From the NCBI GenBank assembly GCA_001600815.1, contig BCKZ01000003.1, positions 1,523,912 to 1,587,911 of the forward strand: DNA of 64,000 bases. The letters are read 5' to 3'. Source of the DNA: Alloascoidea hylecoeti (lineage: Eukaryota). The notes beneath the pieces were generated by a model. That model had not been told where the DNA came from and did no database searches. It saw only the letters and a program-made list of their open reading frames with translations. Shown one piece after another: positions 1 to 13,200 of the stretch. Made by a program: the position numbers and the translations under genes. Positions within the stretch are counted from its first letter, which is position 1. Each line of letters starts with the position of its first letter.

Positions 1-141
1 CGACTTAGTACTATTCAGCATGCAGATATAATTTATGTTTTTGAAAATGGAAAGATTTTAGAACAAGGTACTCATGAACAATTGATGAATAATAAATTAA
101 GATACTATGAATTGGTCAGATTACAAGCATTAGAAAATTAA
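1..141 (+). CDS. 3' end of an ABCB/MDR-type ABC transporter (partial, runs in from before the window)
   Basis: Frame 1 reads [46 protein letters not shown], identical to the C-terminus of the 37539..41492 protein except the last residue (N vs H). Confidence 0.92.
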   Translation, partial: RLSTIQHADIIYVFENGKILEQGTHEQLMNNKLRYYELVRLQALEN

Positions 142-1038
142 TTATAAACTTATGATATATCTTATAACTTTTGTTTTTTATTTTTTAATTCATCTTGGTG
201 GTAAATACATGTACTTCCTCCAATAGCATGATCAGAAAAAATATCGGCTCTTCCAAAATTGTTACATTTCAACCCCAAATTGCAAAACCAGTAACAAATA
301 TATATTATTAAAAATAGTATTACTAAAATCTACTTATTCTCATAATCTGGGTTCCATATATATATTTTTTTGTAAAGGTTGTTGTGGAGCGAACGTTCTT
401 CAACGATTTGGCGTATCGGCACACATTTTACTTTGTTAACTCCAGATAATTTCTGTAATTGCATGTACTGTCTTTCTTCTCTCAAAAACCTGAATCCCAC
501 TTCGAACACCCATTAGCAGATCTTCGAGCACTGTAGTTCTAATATGAGATAAAAATAGTCACATTTAATATATATAAATCAACATCAGATATCTAATATA
601 GGTCTACATATTTTCAATTTTTTCAACTACGTTTCGTAGGCTTCTTTTACAAACTCGGTTGACTTACACCATTCAAGTAAATCTTTTGAAATTTTCAGTT
701 ATTTTTGGTTGCTTATACCTCATTTTCGCCACCTCTCCGAACTGTGATAAAGTCATCTGGAGATTAAATGAATTTCAGTTGTTTCAAAGCCTGATTGATA
801 TCGAATAATTCCAGGGGTCTGCCCTACCCTCTTTGTTCCGTTTCCCTTAGTTTCCTGCCCATCTGATTCTCGCTCCTTCTCAGTAGAAGTGCCGGTATAT
901 GGAGCTGAAAAAATCCCTACAATACACAGAAGAGAATAGCACCGGTAACCACAGGTTCTGAATTGAGATTAAACTAGATGACTAGGTACTGCGCCACGCG
1001 GAGACGTATCTGATTAATAAAAGAAATTAAAAAAACAA

Positions 1039-1110
1039 TGCCGTTGCCCAGAATCGAACTGAGGTTTCATCGGCCACAACGATGTGTACTGACCACTATA
1101 CTACAACGGC
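1039..1110 (-). tRNA. tRNA-His(GTG): tRNA-His, anticodon GTG, intronless
   Basis: Reverse complement GCCGTTGTAGTATAGTGGTCAGTACACATCGTTGTGGCCGATGAAACCTCAGTTCGATTCTGGGCAACGGCA: acceptor stem GCCGTTG/CAACGGC, anticodon stem CATCG/CGATG around GTG, GTTCGATT T-loop, T-run Pol III terminator just downstream. Confidence 0.97.
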
Positions 1111-4100
1111 TGATTATGTTTGGATAACGAATACCTACTTTCCCTTATTACTTTCTAAAAGTGAAGAAAATAAATTTATCTCACTATTTACAAGTATCGA
1201 TAGTATAGATTCCCTTAGAATTTACATAATTTCTAGTTGTATATTTGGGGAATATATGAAAAGTTAAAAAAAAATTCTTCTAGATGTTTGCCATCACTAG
1301 AGTGCCTAACACTTACGGTGAAAACATCTGGGGTTTCAGTGGGTATTTTCCGGGGTCCCGGATTTACCCAGAAGGGCTGAGTCTCCACACCTGTCTGTTG
1401 TCTTACTAATGTAAGACTTTGTCAGCGAATAGGATTTCCTCCCAACTGACCTGTAAAGTTGAAAAGAGAAAAATCCTCAATTTAATAGTTTCTAGTTAGA
1501 AAGTTTAAATTATTTAGAAGTTTTAATCGGAAATTATACGTAAAGTTATAAAATAATAGAAGTTCTTATAATAATTTTTAAGTATTCTCACTCATTCATC
1601 TTAATCAAACTCACTCCACTAGTTTTATAATCATAAAAATCCTCTGATAGTAAGAAGATCAATCTATTTAATACAGCATCTGCGTTGCAAATAAAGATTT
1701 TCACTTATTAATGAGCGTTCACCGAATCTCCGATATTATCAGATACCATGCCGAAAATTTAATGGATATTGAAATAAGAACTAGAGCTTTCACTATATGG
1801 GTGATTTCTTAAGTAAAATAGTTTTTTTCTATTATATACAAAAGTTTTAACTGGGATATATATATGTGTTTTAAAAAAAAATGGATGGTGGCTTGCATAT
1901 AGCCTGGATCACAGATCTAGCATCAAGGAAAAGATGATGTAAAGCAAAAATTAAAAACATATATGTTTGAAAAACACTACTATAAAAATATTAAAGAAAT
2001 TAATTAATGATGCTAGGATCCACCAAAGTATGAAATACTATGAAATTTTATGAATCAAAGAATTGGCGCTAACCTCATAGGCTCATACAGGTTTTGCATA
2101 CCAAAACATACGACATTTTATATAAATAATGTTCACGGCCGTAGCTGTACATACAGTACATCCTATCTTTGCAATCTATATATGCTTAAATTTAAGAGGA
2201 ATAGATAATTCTATGCGTCGCTTCTAGATTTAAACCTTGAATTAAAGCATCTCACATTTCTAAATTTTTACAATCTTGATTAGAGTTTCTTGGCCATCTG
2301 TTTCATACAAAGATTAAACTAACGCTACTCTGATTTATTATACTTTAATCATATGTATACTCTTTTATATTTTACTAAATCGGTTATGATCTGGAGTTTT
2401 CAAGGTTTTAATTATAACCACCTAGCTAATTATAGTACTGTAGTTATATTAACTATAAATACTAATAAAAACTTATAATTACATCTTTATATTTCATCGT
2501 TTTCAATCAAATATGACTTATATTAACATTAATATCTTTATAAACATTCTAAAATCGTTTCGATATCATTAAAATATTAATACGAATCAACTTCTTTCAG
2601 ATTAAAATTGAATAACATATAATATTTATCTATACTAACGATTGCGAAAGTTTTATATATATTTTTTATTCTATCTTTAATATCAAAGGTTGTTTGTACA
2701 TCTTCTTACTAATTCTTACTAAACTGCAAATTTTTAAAGACAAAACTGGTATTATATCCATCCAAAATAATTCTAATGAATATCAATCATGGGGAGTCTT
2801 TTACTGTGGATAGTTAATTATATATGATCATACTATTCAAGCCTCTGCAGCTAATCATGGATATCATTAAGTTTGTCATTTGGAGGTTAATATATGCATT
2901 GTTACACTCGTTTGCAATTGGCGCTACCAGCTTCCTATTAACTTGGAATTAGTGCTATTCATCTATTTAGCGCAAGCATACCTTCCTTCGTGAAGCTAGA
3001 AATGAAAAGATCTGATTGTAAATTCTACAAGTTGACTTAAGTTTGGAGTTCAAGAATATATGTCGTGGAAAATCATATGCTTTCTTTATTACTATTAATC
3101 TAAATCTTGTTCCAGCAACAGATCTGAATATGATAAATTAGGTGTGGTTAAACTCATCATTACGTTCTCAAATTTAAGATAATCAATTCTAGTATACCAG
3201 TATCAACGCTACCGATTATGCTCATCTGAATTATAGTAACGATGAACGATGTGGTATCAGAATCATTCTCAATTTTGTGAAGTTAGAAAAGCTGATCAAC
3301 ATTATGATACCCGGATGCTAATATTAATTCAGCTCCTTTTTTATTAATTTGACCGAATCAGTTAATTAATTATGCGAACAAGTTTTAGTTTATTTAGGCT
3401 GATTATTAGAATAAATATGACACCATAAAAGTTTGACACAACTTATAATTGGTTTGATTCAAACACAAATTTAATCCAGTGGAATTTTTGCATCAGCGGA
3501 CTTGGATCTATGAACTGTTATTACAGATTAAATTTAGAATAAAAATTTTCAAACAAATTTTCGAGGCTGCTATATAGAATAATAAGCTCAAATATTCTAC
3601 GATAACACTTGATTAGTATAAATCCTTTATTTTCAAAAGGATTCCGTATTTCTCCTACATACATTAATACTTATATCTCTTGCAAATGTTTTATCCGAAC
3701 ACAATTCACTACATATACAGTATATATCTCCAATTGCAACTCTGGCCAATTTAACACAAGTTTATAATTATATAATAAATAATATTTACTCAATTATATT
3801 TGAGCCTTTTTCTATGCATGTGTTTCTCATTTCTATATAGCTGTTGTAATCCTTACCGTTCACTCAATTCAATACCTTTTAACAGTATTACTTAAATATT
3901 TACTAAGTCAGTGAACCCTGTAGTACAGTTATGGAATTCTATCTGATCTGCATTCAATTGGAATTATATAATTATTGATGGCTGCAGAAGCTGTGGCTGT
4001 TTTCTATTTGAACAATTTCAATTTGAAGCAATTGGATATACAGTATGTGTGTTAGAACCGTAAGCTGCAGTAATAATAATCAGCTTCATCTATAATTAAC

Positions 4101-4627
4101 TATACATTTTTCAGGAACAACTGTTCAAAATACATTATATTAGCTAGTATATTTTGACAATTATATTAATAGTTAATGATTTTTCTGTATCTACATGTCT
4201 TATTTCTTATTCTTAATTGGTTTCATAGTATAAACTTCATAAGCGTATAAGTCATATGTCAAAAGTTGAAACTATACCATTAAAAAAAAAGTTTTATGAT
4301 AATTACCTATTTGGTTTCGATGATATATTCATAAAAACAACTATAGATGGCATAATAAACAGTACTGATGGTGATCGGTATAAATGTATAATTCTTCAAC
4401 CCCAACTTATATAGCGTAATCCATTCATTTATATGCATACATCGCCCCTAAGCCTCGAGATAATATATCCATTTCTATTAATTAATATTTGGATGAAGAA
4501 GTTTCAAGGCAACTACTAATGTTATACACTGTTAAAAGATATTTATAATTGTGTTTATTTTTAAAAAAAAGTAGATAAAAATATTTATTATTATAATATC
4601 TGCATCTCTCGTAAATAATTATATCCA

Positions 4628-5638
4628 TTAATAATTAACTGCATTATAGTAGTCACTATAGCTACTAGTATGGTCATAATTAATATCAATACCTTTAGTA
4701 TTGTTCGGATATTGAAGTGTAATTTCTTGATGCTGATATTGATTAATTTGACTTTGAATTGGTTGTTGTAGTATGTGTTCAGCTTGACTATTCCCGTTGT
4801 TTTTCAGATTGGCACTCATGTTATAATTAGTCATCCATTTTAAAAATTCTTCCTTATTAAAAATTCTTAGAATTTCTTTACCGTAAAATAAACTTGAAGC
4901 ATCAGGTCTTGATCTATCGTATAAGTACATCCTTTCATCAGCATAGGCAATTTGATTAACTATACCAGGTATAATGTAGATTTTCATATTTGCTTTGTAA
5001 CGTGGATAAATTGCATGTTCTTTAATAAATGAAGCTGAACAACTTTGTATATTTGATTCACTTGCAGCTGAATTTGCAAATGTTCTTAAGACTGGCGGTA
5101 AAACTGTTTCTAATTTAACGACATGATTATCACCTTCAGTATTTGAAGTTCTAATGACTTTAACGAATGTAAAAGCTTCTATACCAAAAGAATACCTTAT
5201 ATAACTTGCAATATCTAAATTTTCAAGTTCCATGTCAATTGATTCGGCAAACTGTTTAGTAAAACTTAGATTAACAGTTTTTGGTTGAAAATTCTCGTAT
5301 AAATTCCTATTCAACTGATCGTTGTATCTATCCTGTGTCATATAACGTTCTAAAACAGCGTATAATATATTAAGGTTTGGAACCAAGCAAAACTTAGCAG
5401 TTAGTTCAGAAGAGTAAGGTCTACCTTTTGGTCTTAATGCACCAGTCCGAGCCTGGATCACTTTAGCAGGGGTATGACAGGTGTGATGCTTTCTCTTTGC
5501 GATAACTAATGGACGATGTGGACTGTTTCCCTGGGACATAGTATCAGTAACTGAGTCAATAGCATAGCTACTGGTTATAGGAGTAGTATTCCAATTCAGG
5601 AATCTGTTTGAATCGTTATTTGAAGAGTAAGAAGACAT
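4628..5638 (-). CDS. Hypothetical protein (~336 aa), no family recognised
   Basis: About 1 kb open frame in AT-rich DNA; likely ATG at 5638 (MSSYSS), alternative at 5692; low-complexity termini around a globular-looking core. Confidence 0.7.
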   Translation of the reverse strand: MSSYSSNNDSNRFLNWNTTPITSSYAIDSVTDTMSQGNSPHRPLVIAKRKHHTCHTPAKVIQARTGALRPKGRPYSSELTAKFCLVPNLNILYAVLERYMTQDRYNDQLNRNLYENFQPKTVNLSFTKQFAESIDMELENLDIASYIRYSFGIEAFTFVKVIRTSNTEGDNHVVKLETVLPPVLRTFANSAASESNIQSCSASFIKEHAIYPRYKANMKIYIIPGIVNQIAYADERMYLYDRSRPDASSLFYGKEILRIFNKEEFLKWMTNYNMSANLKNNGNSQAEHILQQPIQSQINQYQHQEITLQYPNNTKGIDINYDHTSSYSDYYNAVNY

Positions 5639-6051
5639 TTGTATTGAAAATATGGTTTGAACGTATGAAAATGATATGATTATGGTGGCCATTGGACAGT
5701 TTAAATATAAATCAACGCTAAGGCTGCAAGAGAATATTACTACAACGGTCAAGTTGTAACGACCAAGTTACAATTGATTTGCAGAAGAGGTTTGATTGAT
5801 TATTTTAATTTTCATCACAGCCGCAACATATTTCGGGAAGTAACGTCCCAAAACGACTATTTAGTAAATGGATAGAAACTTGGTACCGAAAAGATGTGTA
5901 TTTAGTACCGGCAGCTGCCGTTGACCGTTGGCTTCTGGGCATTCTTCTGCAGCCATGCAGTCCGTCAAAAGATTTACTTGCATTGCAGACATTCTACTCA
6001 TTAAAATAAGTTTCTAATAGAATATGTACAGAACGAGGAAAGAATATTCTG

Positions 6052-7038
6052 TTAAGCACTCTTTTTGGTAAGTTCCGGGTCTTCTGTTGCATTGCTTCCG
6101 GGTTCTGTTGGGTCCTTCTTGCCCATGGCGATAATCATCCCAACAACAAACACAACCATAGCAATCAACCCTCGACTAGTCAAGTGCCATCGCAAACCTT
6201 CTATATCGCTTTGGATAGTACTGAGTAAAGTTGTGGTTATCCTATTATCGACCTCTTTGATCCGGTTACTTAACGTTTTTTGCTCTAGTTTGGTGTTAGC
6301 CTGTTGATCGTTTACCTCCATCTGCAATTCATCTTTTAGCCTACTTAACGTATCGTTAACATCGTCATGTAGTAATTGGTACTCTCGTTCAATTCTAGCT
6401 AGATCTGAATTCATCAGTGTTGCCTGTAATTCCCTCGCGGTTTGTATTTCTGTTCTCAGTTCTGACTCCGCAGCTTGTACTAGGTAGGCTTCATTTTCCC
6501 AATCATTCTTCCTAACGTGTTCTTCCTTTATGTCTTTTAAACTTTGCACCAAAAATCTTTTTAATACTTCTATAATGATGTCACTCTGTTTTTCCTTAAA
6601 TCCAGATTCGTATAACATTGTATAAATTTTATATGTATCAAAATGATTCATATAATCAACTAATATTGCAAGGTTTTCGTCCTTTGACGGAACTTCAACT
6701 TTAGACGGTCTTTGACGTGATCGTCGGTTAAATTTTGTTTCATCATCATTCTTGCTATATATTTTACTGATCTCTTCATCAAATAATTTATCCACCAAGC
6801 TAGTTTCTAATAACTCATTATCCTTGTCATTTGGTACAACTTGTTTTAATTGCTGGTTGGCCGATGGGACAGACAGCGAACTCGAAATAGATCTGGTTAT
6901 ATTATTGTGGAGACTCATGTATGACACAGCCCGTATCAATTGCATTGGTCGTATCTGTTCAGCAGGGTTATAATGGAAGCTTTGGATTGGTCTCCATAGA
7001 TGTCCGAAGAAAGATGGCCGAACGCAAATACCAGTCAT
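6052..7038 (-). CDS. DUF1640 / CCDC90-like mitochondrial coiled-coil protein (Put7/Fmp32-like)
   Basis: Arg/Ser-rich presequence-like N-terminus, HFDT...L..SGF motif, long coiled coil, 'IEGLRW' followed by one C-terminal TM helix. Start placed at MTGICVR; upstream in-frame ATG possible. Confidence 0.82.
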   Translation of the reverse strand: MTGICVRPSFFGHLWRPIQSFHYNPAEQIRPMQLIRAVSYMSLHNNITRSISSSLSVPSANQQLKQVVPNDKDNELLETSLVDKLFDEEISKIYSKNDDETKFNRRSRQRPSKVEVPSKDENLAILVDYMNHFDTYKIYTMLYESGFKEKQSDIIIEVLKRFLVQSLKDIKEEHVRKNDWENEAYLVQAAESELRTEIQTARELQATLMNSDLARIEREYQLLHDDVNDTLSRLKDELQMEVNDQQANTKLEQKTLSNRIKEVDNRITTTLLSTIQSDIEGLRWHLTSRGLIAMVVFVVGMIIAMGKKDPTEPGSNATEDPELTKKSA

Positions 7039-7227
7039 TATAATTTTAATTTTTAATATTAATGAAAATTGGTACTTAACTTCAACAATTATAATTACAT
7101 TCATCAACAGTCACGTGTTCATTCGGCCGAGTTGCATATTTAAAAATGCAATGCTGCTAAATCAAAAAATCAAAAAATCATTTCTTCATTATATATAAAC
7201 TCATAATTATATAACTAACATTAATAA

Positions 7228-8316
7228 TCACTTCTTATCATCTCCATATGCTTTAGTAGCATAGTGACCATCGATTACGATAACATCCTGTGGCCTATAA
7301 TCATGCTTTCCAGAAAAGTATGAATTTAAAATATTATGAACTCCATTCATATATCTCTTCTGAGCATCTAAAGAAGTACCAGAAATATGTGCTGTCATTG
7401 CATTTCCAGCATTATATTTATTTCTCATATCTCTCCATGGATGATCCTTAGCAGCTGGTTGTGGGAACCAAACATCACCTCCATAGCCTCTCAATTGACC
7501 ACTTTTAAGAGCGTCTGCAACATCCTGTGCGACACAAATAGCACCACGAGCAGTATTTACTAGCCATGCACCTTTCTTCATCTTTGAGAGTAATTCTTTA
7601 TTAAATAGGCCTTTAGATCCTTCATGTAATGGACAATTGATTGTAACGATATCTGCCTCTGCCAACATATCTTCTAGTTTTAAAACTCTCCTAGCTCCAA
7701 CTTTCTCTTCTGCTTCTTTTGGCAATGCCTGGTAATCAAAATATAATAATTCTTTTGGATTAAAGGCAACCAATCTTTCCAAAACTCTGTATCCAATTCT
7801 GCCAGCTCCAACTGTTGCAATTACTTTGTCTTCAATATCATAAGAATCTTTAGCTACAGCAGCAACATCCCAATCATGATTAGCTATTTGTTCATGGGCA
7901 GGTACAAAATTTCTAACAAGTACAAGCATAGTCATAACAACATGCTCAGCAACTGACACAACATTTGATCCAGTAACTTCTAATACAGAGATTTTTCTTT
8001 CATTTGCAGCAGTTAAATCAATATGATCTGATCCAACACCTGCTGTGATACAAATCTTCAAATTTTTTGCCTTTTCAATACGTTCTCTTGTAATATAACC
8101 AGGATGGAATGGTGTTGTGATAACAATCTCAGCATCAACAATATGTTTATCAAGAGCAGAATCAGGACCTTCTTTATCATCGGTTGTTATCAATTCATGT
8201 CCTTGGGATTCTAGAAGCTTACGAAGACCAAGCTCATTCTCAATACAACCAAAAAGACCAGGTTCATCTTCAGCATGTGTTCCTGCAGAGTACAAAACTA
8301 AAAGTACCTTAACCAT
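7228..8316 (-). CDS. FDH1: NAD-dependent formate dehydrogenase
   Basis: [29 protein letters not shown] Rossmann motif, FDYQ NAD-specificity Asp, [23 protein letters not shown]. Confidence 0.97.
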   Translation of the reverse strand: MVKVLLVLYSAGTHAEDEPGLFGCIENELGLRKLLESQGHELITTDDKEGPDSALDKHIVDAEIVITTPFHPGYITRERIEKAKNLKICITAGVGSDHIDLTAANERKISVLEVTGSNVVSVAEHVVMTMLVLVRNFVPAHEQIANHDWDVAAVAKDSYDIEDKVIATVGAGRIGYRVLERLVAFNPKELLYFDYQALPKEAEEKVGARRVLKLEDMLAEADIVTINCPLHEGSKGLFNKELLSKMKKGAWLVNTARGAICVAQDVADALKSGQLRGYGGDVWFPQPAAKDHPWRDMRNKYNAGNAMTAHISGTSLDAQKRYMNGVHNILNSYFSGKHDYRPQDVIVIDGHYATKAYGDDKK

Positions 8317-10219
8317 TTTCGTTTATTTCTTCTTTAAGTCAATTGCGATAGGATAAGTTTCAAATCGAAAACCAATTAGTAAAAATCGAAAGGAAAAATA
8401 AAAGGAGAAATCCCTCTTTTTTATATATAAGTTCAGGTGGAGATATTCCTTGTATTCATCATATATTTTAATCCAGACCTAGTCTAGCTGCATATATGAA
8501 TGGAGCAACCCCACACTTTCACCAACCCCAATATTAATGGCAAGCGGATTAACGGCTCGGGTAACATTTGTCATATATTTATAATTAATGTGAGCTTTCA
8601 GATTAATTTCCATCATATGTCTAATATACAATTGTTTCTGATTCGTAATCAAGAGGACCCCTAGATCGTAATTTTATTGCTATGATATCTAACAGTTGCG
8701 TTTGATTTAGAATAATATTAAAATTATTAGTAGCCACGTGCTTGAAATATTTTGATGACAGTTGCAAGATCACAAAGCTTTATTAGAACTTAACTTATCT
8801 TTGATTGAGTATCCATTATTTTGGGTTGAATTTTTTTATCAACCAGTTCTTGTTTGTTTCATTCAATTTAATAACAACAATTGAGAGTTTGAAATCTTAT
8901 TTATATTAAGATTGTGGTTGGTGCTATCTACCGAATTTCGGCTGAAGCAGAAATCTAAAGGTTCACCACCCGAAATATTTTAATCAACAATTATACAAGT
9001 TGGAAGTTGAGAAGTGGGTAAGATCTTCAGAGGGGCTTTTGAACCTTAATGGTATCTTTATAACTAGTTTATTTTGTGTACCTAACGCATTGGGAAATAT
9101 CCGTGGGATCAATGATGGTCATTGGCTCATTAAAAAATGGTTACAATATAGCATTTATACTTACCATTGATTACCTTATATAGAGAATCTTTGAGCTCAT
9201 GGGTCAATTTATCGAATAAAGATACTCAATATTGTTAAAATGGGATATCTTTAAAGTGTGTGTTACAATTACTGGACAATTAAATTCCCAATTATTGAAC
9301 GTTACATTATATATTGCAAATTGCAACCAGAATATAAATGTTTGCGTATATTGGTATAAGTTACTTACATGCACCTTATCATGATCAATTACAATGATGG
9401 CTATCGATCTCAAGCTGAGGATAGCATTGGCATTTCAGTTCAGATATATTCAAACTCTATGGTACGCTATTTTAATGTTGAAGTATTGCTGATTTATACG
9501 TAGTTTTTGTTAGCTATTTATACCCAATTGGAAATGCAGTTGTACTCGTATGCTTATGAACTATTATTTAGCATTATAGCTTTTAGCATTGAAATGATCT
9601 AGAACTTCTAATTGAAATGAATAAGGAAAAGATCGCTTGGCTTATTTTACCGGAATCGTACGATATGATCTCATTGACATTCATTGGCCTACTCTGATCT
9701 GTAGTGTTTCTGGGGTTTATCTGGGCCGGGTCTCTCATCCGACAGGATTTCTTACAGTCCTGAAATGGACTAGGGCAGATCTCTATTTTAGTCCTGTACC
9801 TAGTATAACTTTATCACTTAACTATATTACTAAACAAGATTAGTAAAAAATAAAGTCTAATAAGTATTAAGTTGATATCACTATCACTTGTGATTGTTCC
9901 AAAAATAATCAAATAAGATATAGATCTACACAAAGACTCCATTACATTATATAGTACAGGTACGGTACATACTGCATGGCGATTTCCAGAATGATTCCTG
10001 GAAACTTCCGAGAAGATATTCAAGCAGTTGCGATTACAATCAGAACCTTAATTTATAATGTATCAATCTATAAACTATTAATTATTTCCAACTTTGAAAT
10101 TATAATGGGAGTTACCGATATACTTTGATTCTTGATAATAATATGAACTATGTCATAGAATACCATTAATATTATTTATATTTGTCTGTCCTAACTACTT
10201 CTAACGCCTATACCATATT

Positions 10220-13200
10220 TTATTCATAAGTTTCTTCTTCTAATACCCTATCAACTAAAGAAGCTGCAATTTCAGCATACCCTTTCCAATGTAGTTTTTT
10301 AGGTCTTCTTAACGTAACTTCAGTTTCATAATCATAAACTTTTCTTACAGGTGTTAAAACAATTCGATCATCTTTAACTCCTAAGACAGCAGCTGTAGAA
10401 CTTAATTCATCTAACCAATGTTCATGATCTGGTGTAACACTTAAATCATCAACTGGATAATTGATTGGTGTTGGAGCTGCTGAATATCTAACAGCAAGTT
10501 TTAAAATATTTTCTTGTTGTTGCTCGATGAATTGAATAGCCCTGATTGCCAATCTAGTAGCTCTTGTTCGATCGATAGGTGATGGAATACCACCCTGTTG
10601 AACATGACCAGGAATTGCTGTACGTGCACTAAACCTTCCATTTGCTTCCTCTCTAATGATATCAGCTATAACTTCGGTTGTTAAAACCTTTGAGCATTTA
10701 TCTGCTCTAATAAATAATTTACCTTCACGGCCTCTTCCTGCAGCCGTTAAGAATTGTTCCCTAATAGCTTCGATATCAAGTTCTAATTGTTTTAATGTAA
10801 CTCCATGTTCTGGGGTATAAACAGCCTGTGCACCTGTTGTCATTGCAGCCATTGATGCAATATAACCACAATTACCTCCTTGAACTTCAACAACAAAAAC
10901 ACGTTTTCTAGAAGCAGCAGAACTTAATTTAATAACATCACAATAATCAACTAATGAATTCAAACATGTATCACTACCAATTGAATATTCAGTTCCTGGA
11001 ACATTATTTGAAATTGTTGCAGGAATACAAACCATTGGTATTCTAAAGGCTGGATGTGCAACCCTTGCTCTTTCTAATTGATTTAAAGATTCAAATGCTT
11101 CAAATCCACCAACTAAAATTAAACCATCGAACTCATATTTCTTAAAATAATATGATACTAAACCTAAATCTGTATCTCCGGGAGTATGTCTATTTGTACC
11201 TAACTCTGATCCACCAAGTGAGGCCCAATCAGATATTGATAACCATTCTAATTCTTTAATAGATTCATGTTTAGTTAAGCCAGAAAATCCATTATTTATA
11301 GCATAAACTTTATGACCTTGATAGAAACAATAAGTAGCAGCAGCATAAACAGCAGCATTCATACCACCAGCAGGAGCACCAACATTAATTAAAGCAATTT
11401 TCAATCTTTTACCTTCTGGTAAATGAACACCATCATGATCAGCAGAATTCATTTTATAATAATTATTTAAATGTTCTGCAAATTCAGGAGTTCTTAAATC
11501 CATTGCTTTTTTAAATTCTTTATTATCAATTTTTTTAGCAATTAATTTTGTTGCTGCAACACTATCAACAAGTGGTTTTCTATTAATTTTATTTTCATTT
11601 ATTGAAATCATTGGTGATGGGATTTCAGGTGATGATTCTAATACGGCATTTACTGCTTCAACACCTTGCATTGTTGCCAAAATTCTATCAAATGCAACTG
11701 CTGTACCACCTCTTTGAACATGACCTAAAGTTGTAACTCTTGTATCAAGACCTAATCTTGAAACAAGTACATCTTTTACTTGATCTGGAGTTATAGGGTC
11801 TAAATTTTCGGAAATTGCACCTTCAGCAACGAGAACAATTGTCTTTCTTTTACCTCTTGATCTATGTTTCTTAACAATATCACACATTTCATCTTCCCAA
11901 CTTCTACCATGAGCAGGTTTTTCAGGAATAAAGATATAATCAGCACTTGTTGCAATACCAGCCATTAATGTTAACCAACCACAATGTCTACCCATAACTT
12001 CTACTACAAAAGCTCTTGAATGAGAATTTGCAGTAGCATCGATATAATCAATAGCTTTGCAAATTCTATCCAAAGAAGAATAAGCACCGATAGTTGAATC
12101 AGTTGAGGCCATATCATTATCAATTGAACCAACTAATCCACAGATAGTCAATTGTCTATGAGCCATTAATTGATTCCTTGTGATGCGTTGTTGTGTTACC
12201 AATTCATTTAATAAATCTCTCCATTCTGATCTAAAAACATCAGCACCAGTAAGTGATCCATCACCACCAACTACAATTAATGCATCAATACCAGCTTTTA
12301 TCATATTTTCAGCGGCTTTTAATCTACCTTCATGTGTTTTAAATCGCATAGATCTAGCAGTACCGATATTAGTACCACCATCAGAAAGCCAACTTCTAAC
12401 ATCATCCCAAGCCATTCTTCTAATACATTCAGGACCACCAGTAACAAGTCCCTCATAACCTTCATAAATTGCAAATGGCTCACAACCTTTGATAATGGTG
12501 GTACGGACAATAGCACGCACAGCTGCATTCATACCTGGTGAATCACCACCTGATGTCATCACAGCAATTTTTCTCTTACCATCACCATGTAACCCCATTG
12601 GAACAGGAGGAGCAATCAATTGAGTAATATCAGTAAATGATCTTCGTGTTGGAGTTGCAACACCAGATTGAGAATGTTTATGTTTAGCATCTTCTAATTT
12701 TTGAAATTTTGGTACCACTGATGAAAAGGGGTTTGTTCTCGATGTAAATCCAAGAACATTCCCCAAAGGATCTAAAATATAAATTTCAGCAGGTGCTATA
12801 TCATTTGGTTGAGTTTGAATAAAAGATGAGCGAGAATATAGTAAATAATTATCTAAAACTTGAGATAAACGTGGTAAATCCGGAGTATATAAGACAAAGG
12901 AAGTTTTTAAAGATCTCCAATCATTTGTTTTTGCAATTGATAATAAGGAAACTTTTTTAGCTCTAACTTCTTTAGCTGATGTACCATTTTCTGTTTTTTG
13001 AAGAAGGATTGTAATTCCTGGTTTTTTATCATCCGCCTTAGCAGGTGTTGAAGTTGAAATAGCCAGATTATGAACAATGGCTCCAGGTGTAGGTGTGTGT
13101 GAAACATGAAAGGGGAGTGATGCCGATCTATCAGGAGAATGAGATCTACTCGGAATTGCACTACCGACCACAGAAGGTGCCATTGAACTCGCAGCAGAAT

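Noticed and set aside
1082..1267. 61-aa ORF on the plus strand
   Set aside because: Starts antisense within tRNA-His and has no protein-like features.
740..1680. GC-richer patches on both sides of the tRNA, possible solo LTRs (faint resemblance to 9640..9850)
   Set aside because: No convincing TG...CA boundaries with a target-site duplication; only very short shared words.
2155..2440. TA|CAGTAC ... GTACTG|TA ends like the MITE terminus
   Set aside because: Only 6 bp of inverted match with no internal TIR similarity.
2750..4120. Possible decayed membrane-protein gene (faint SNG1/DUF3533-like words such as WG.F, EARNE, LMAA)
   Set aside because: Fragments are too short and frame-scattered to support; needs a frameshift-aware search.
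7110..7117. GTCACGTG (CDEI/Cbf1-type site) as a point centromere
   Set aside because: No CDEII/CDEIII arrangement at the right spacing; at most a promoter E-box.
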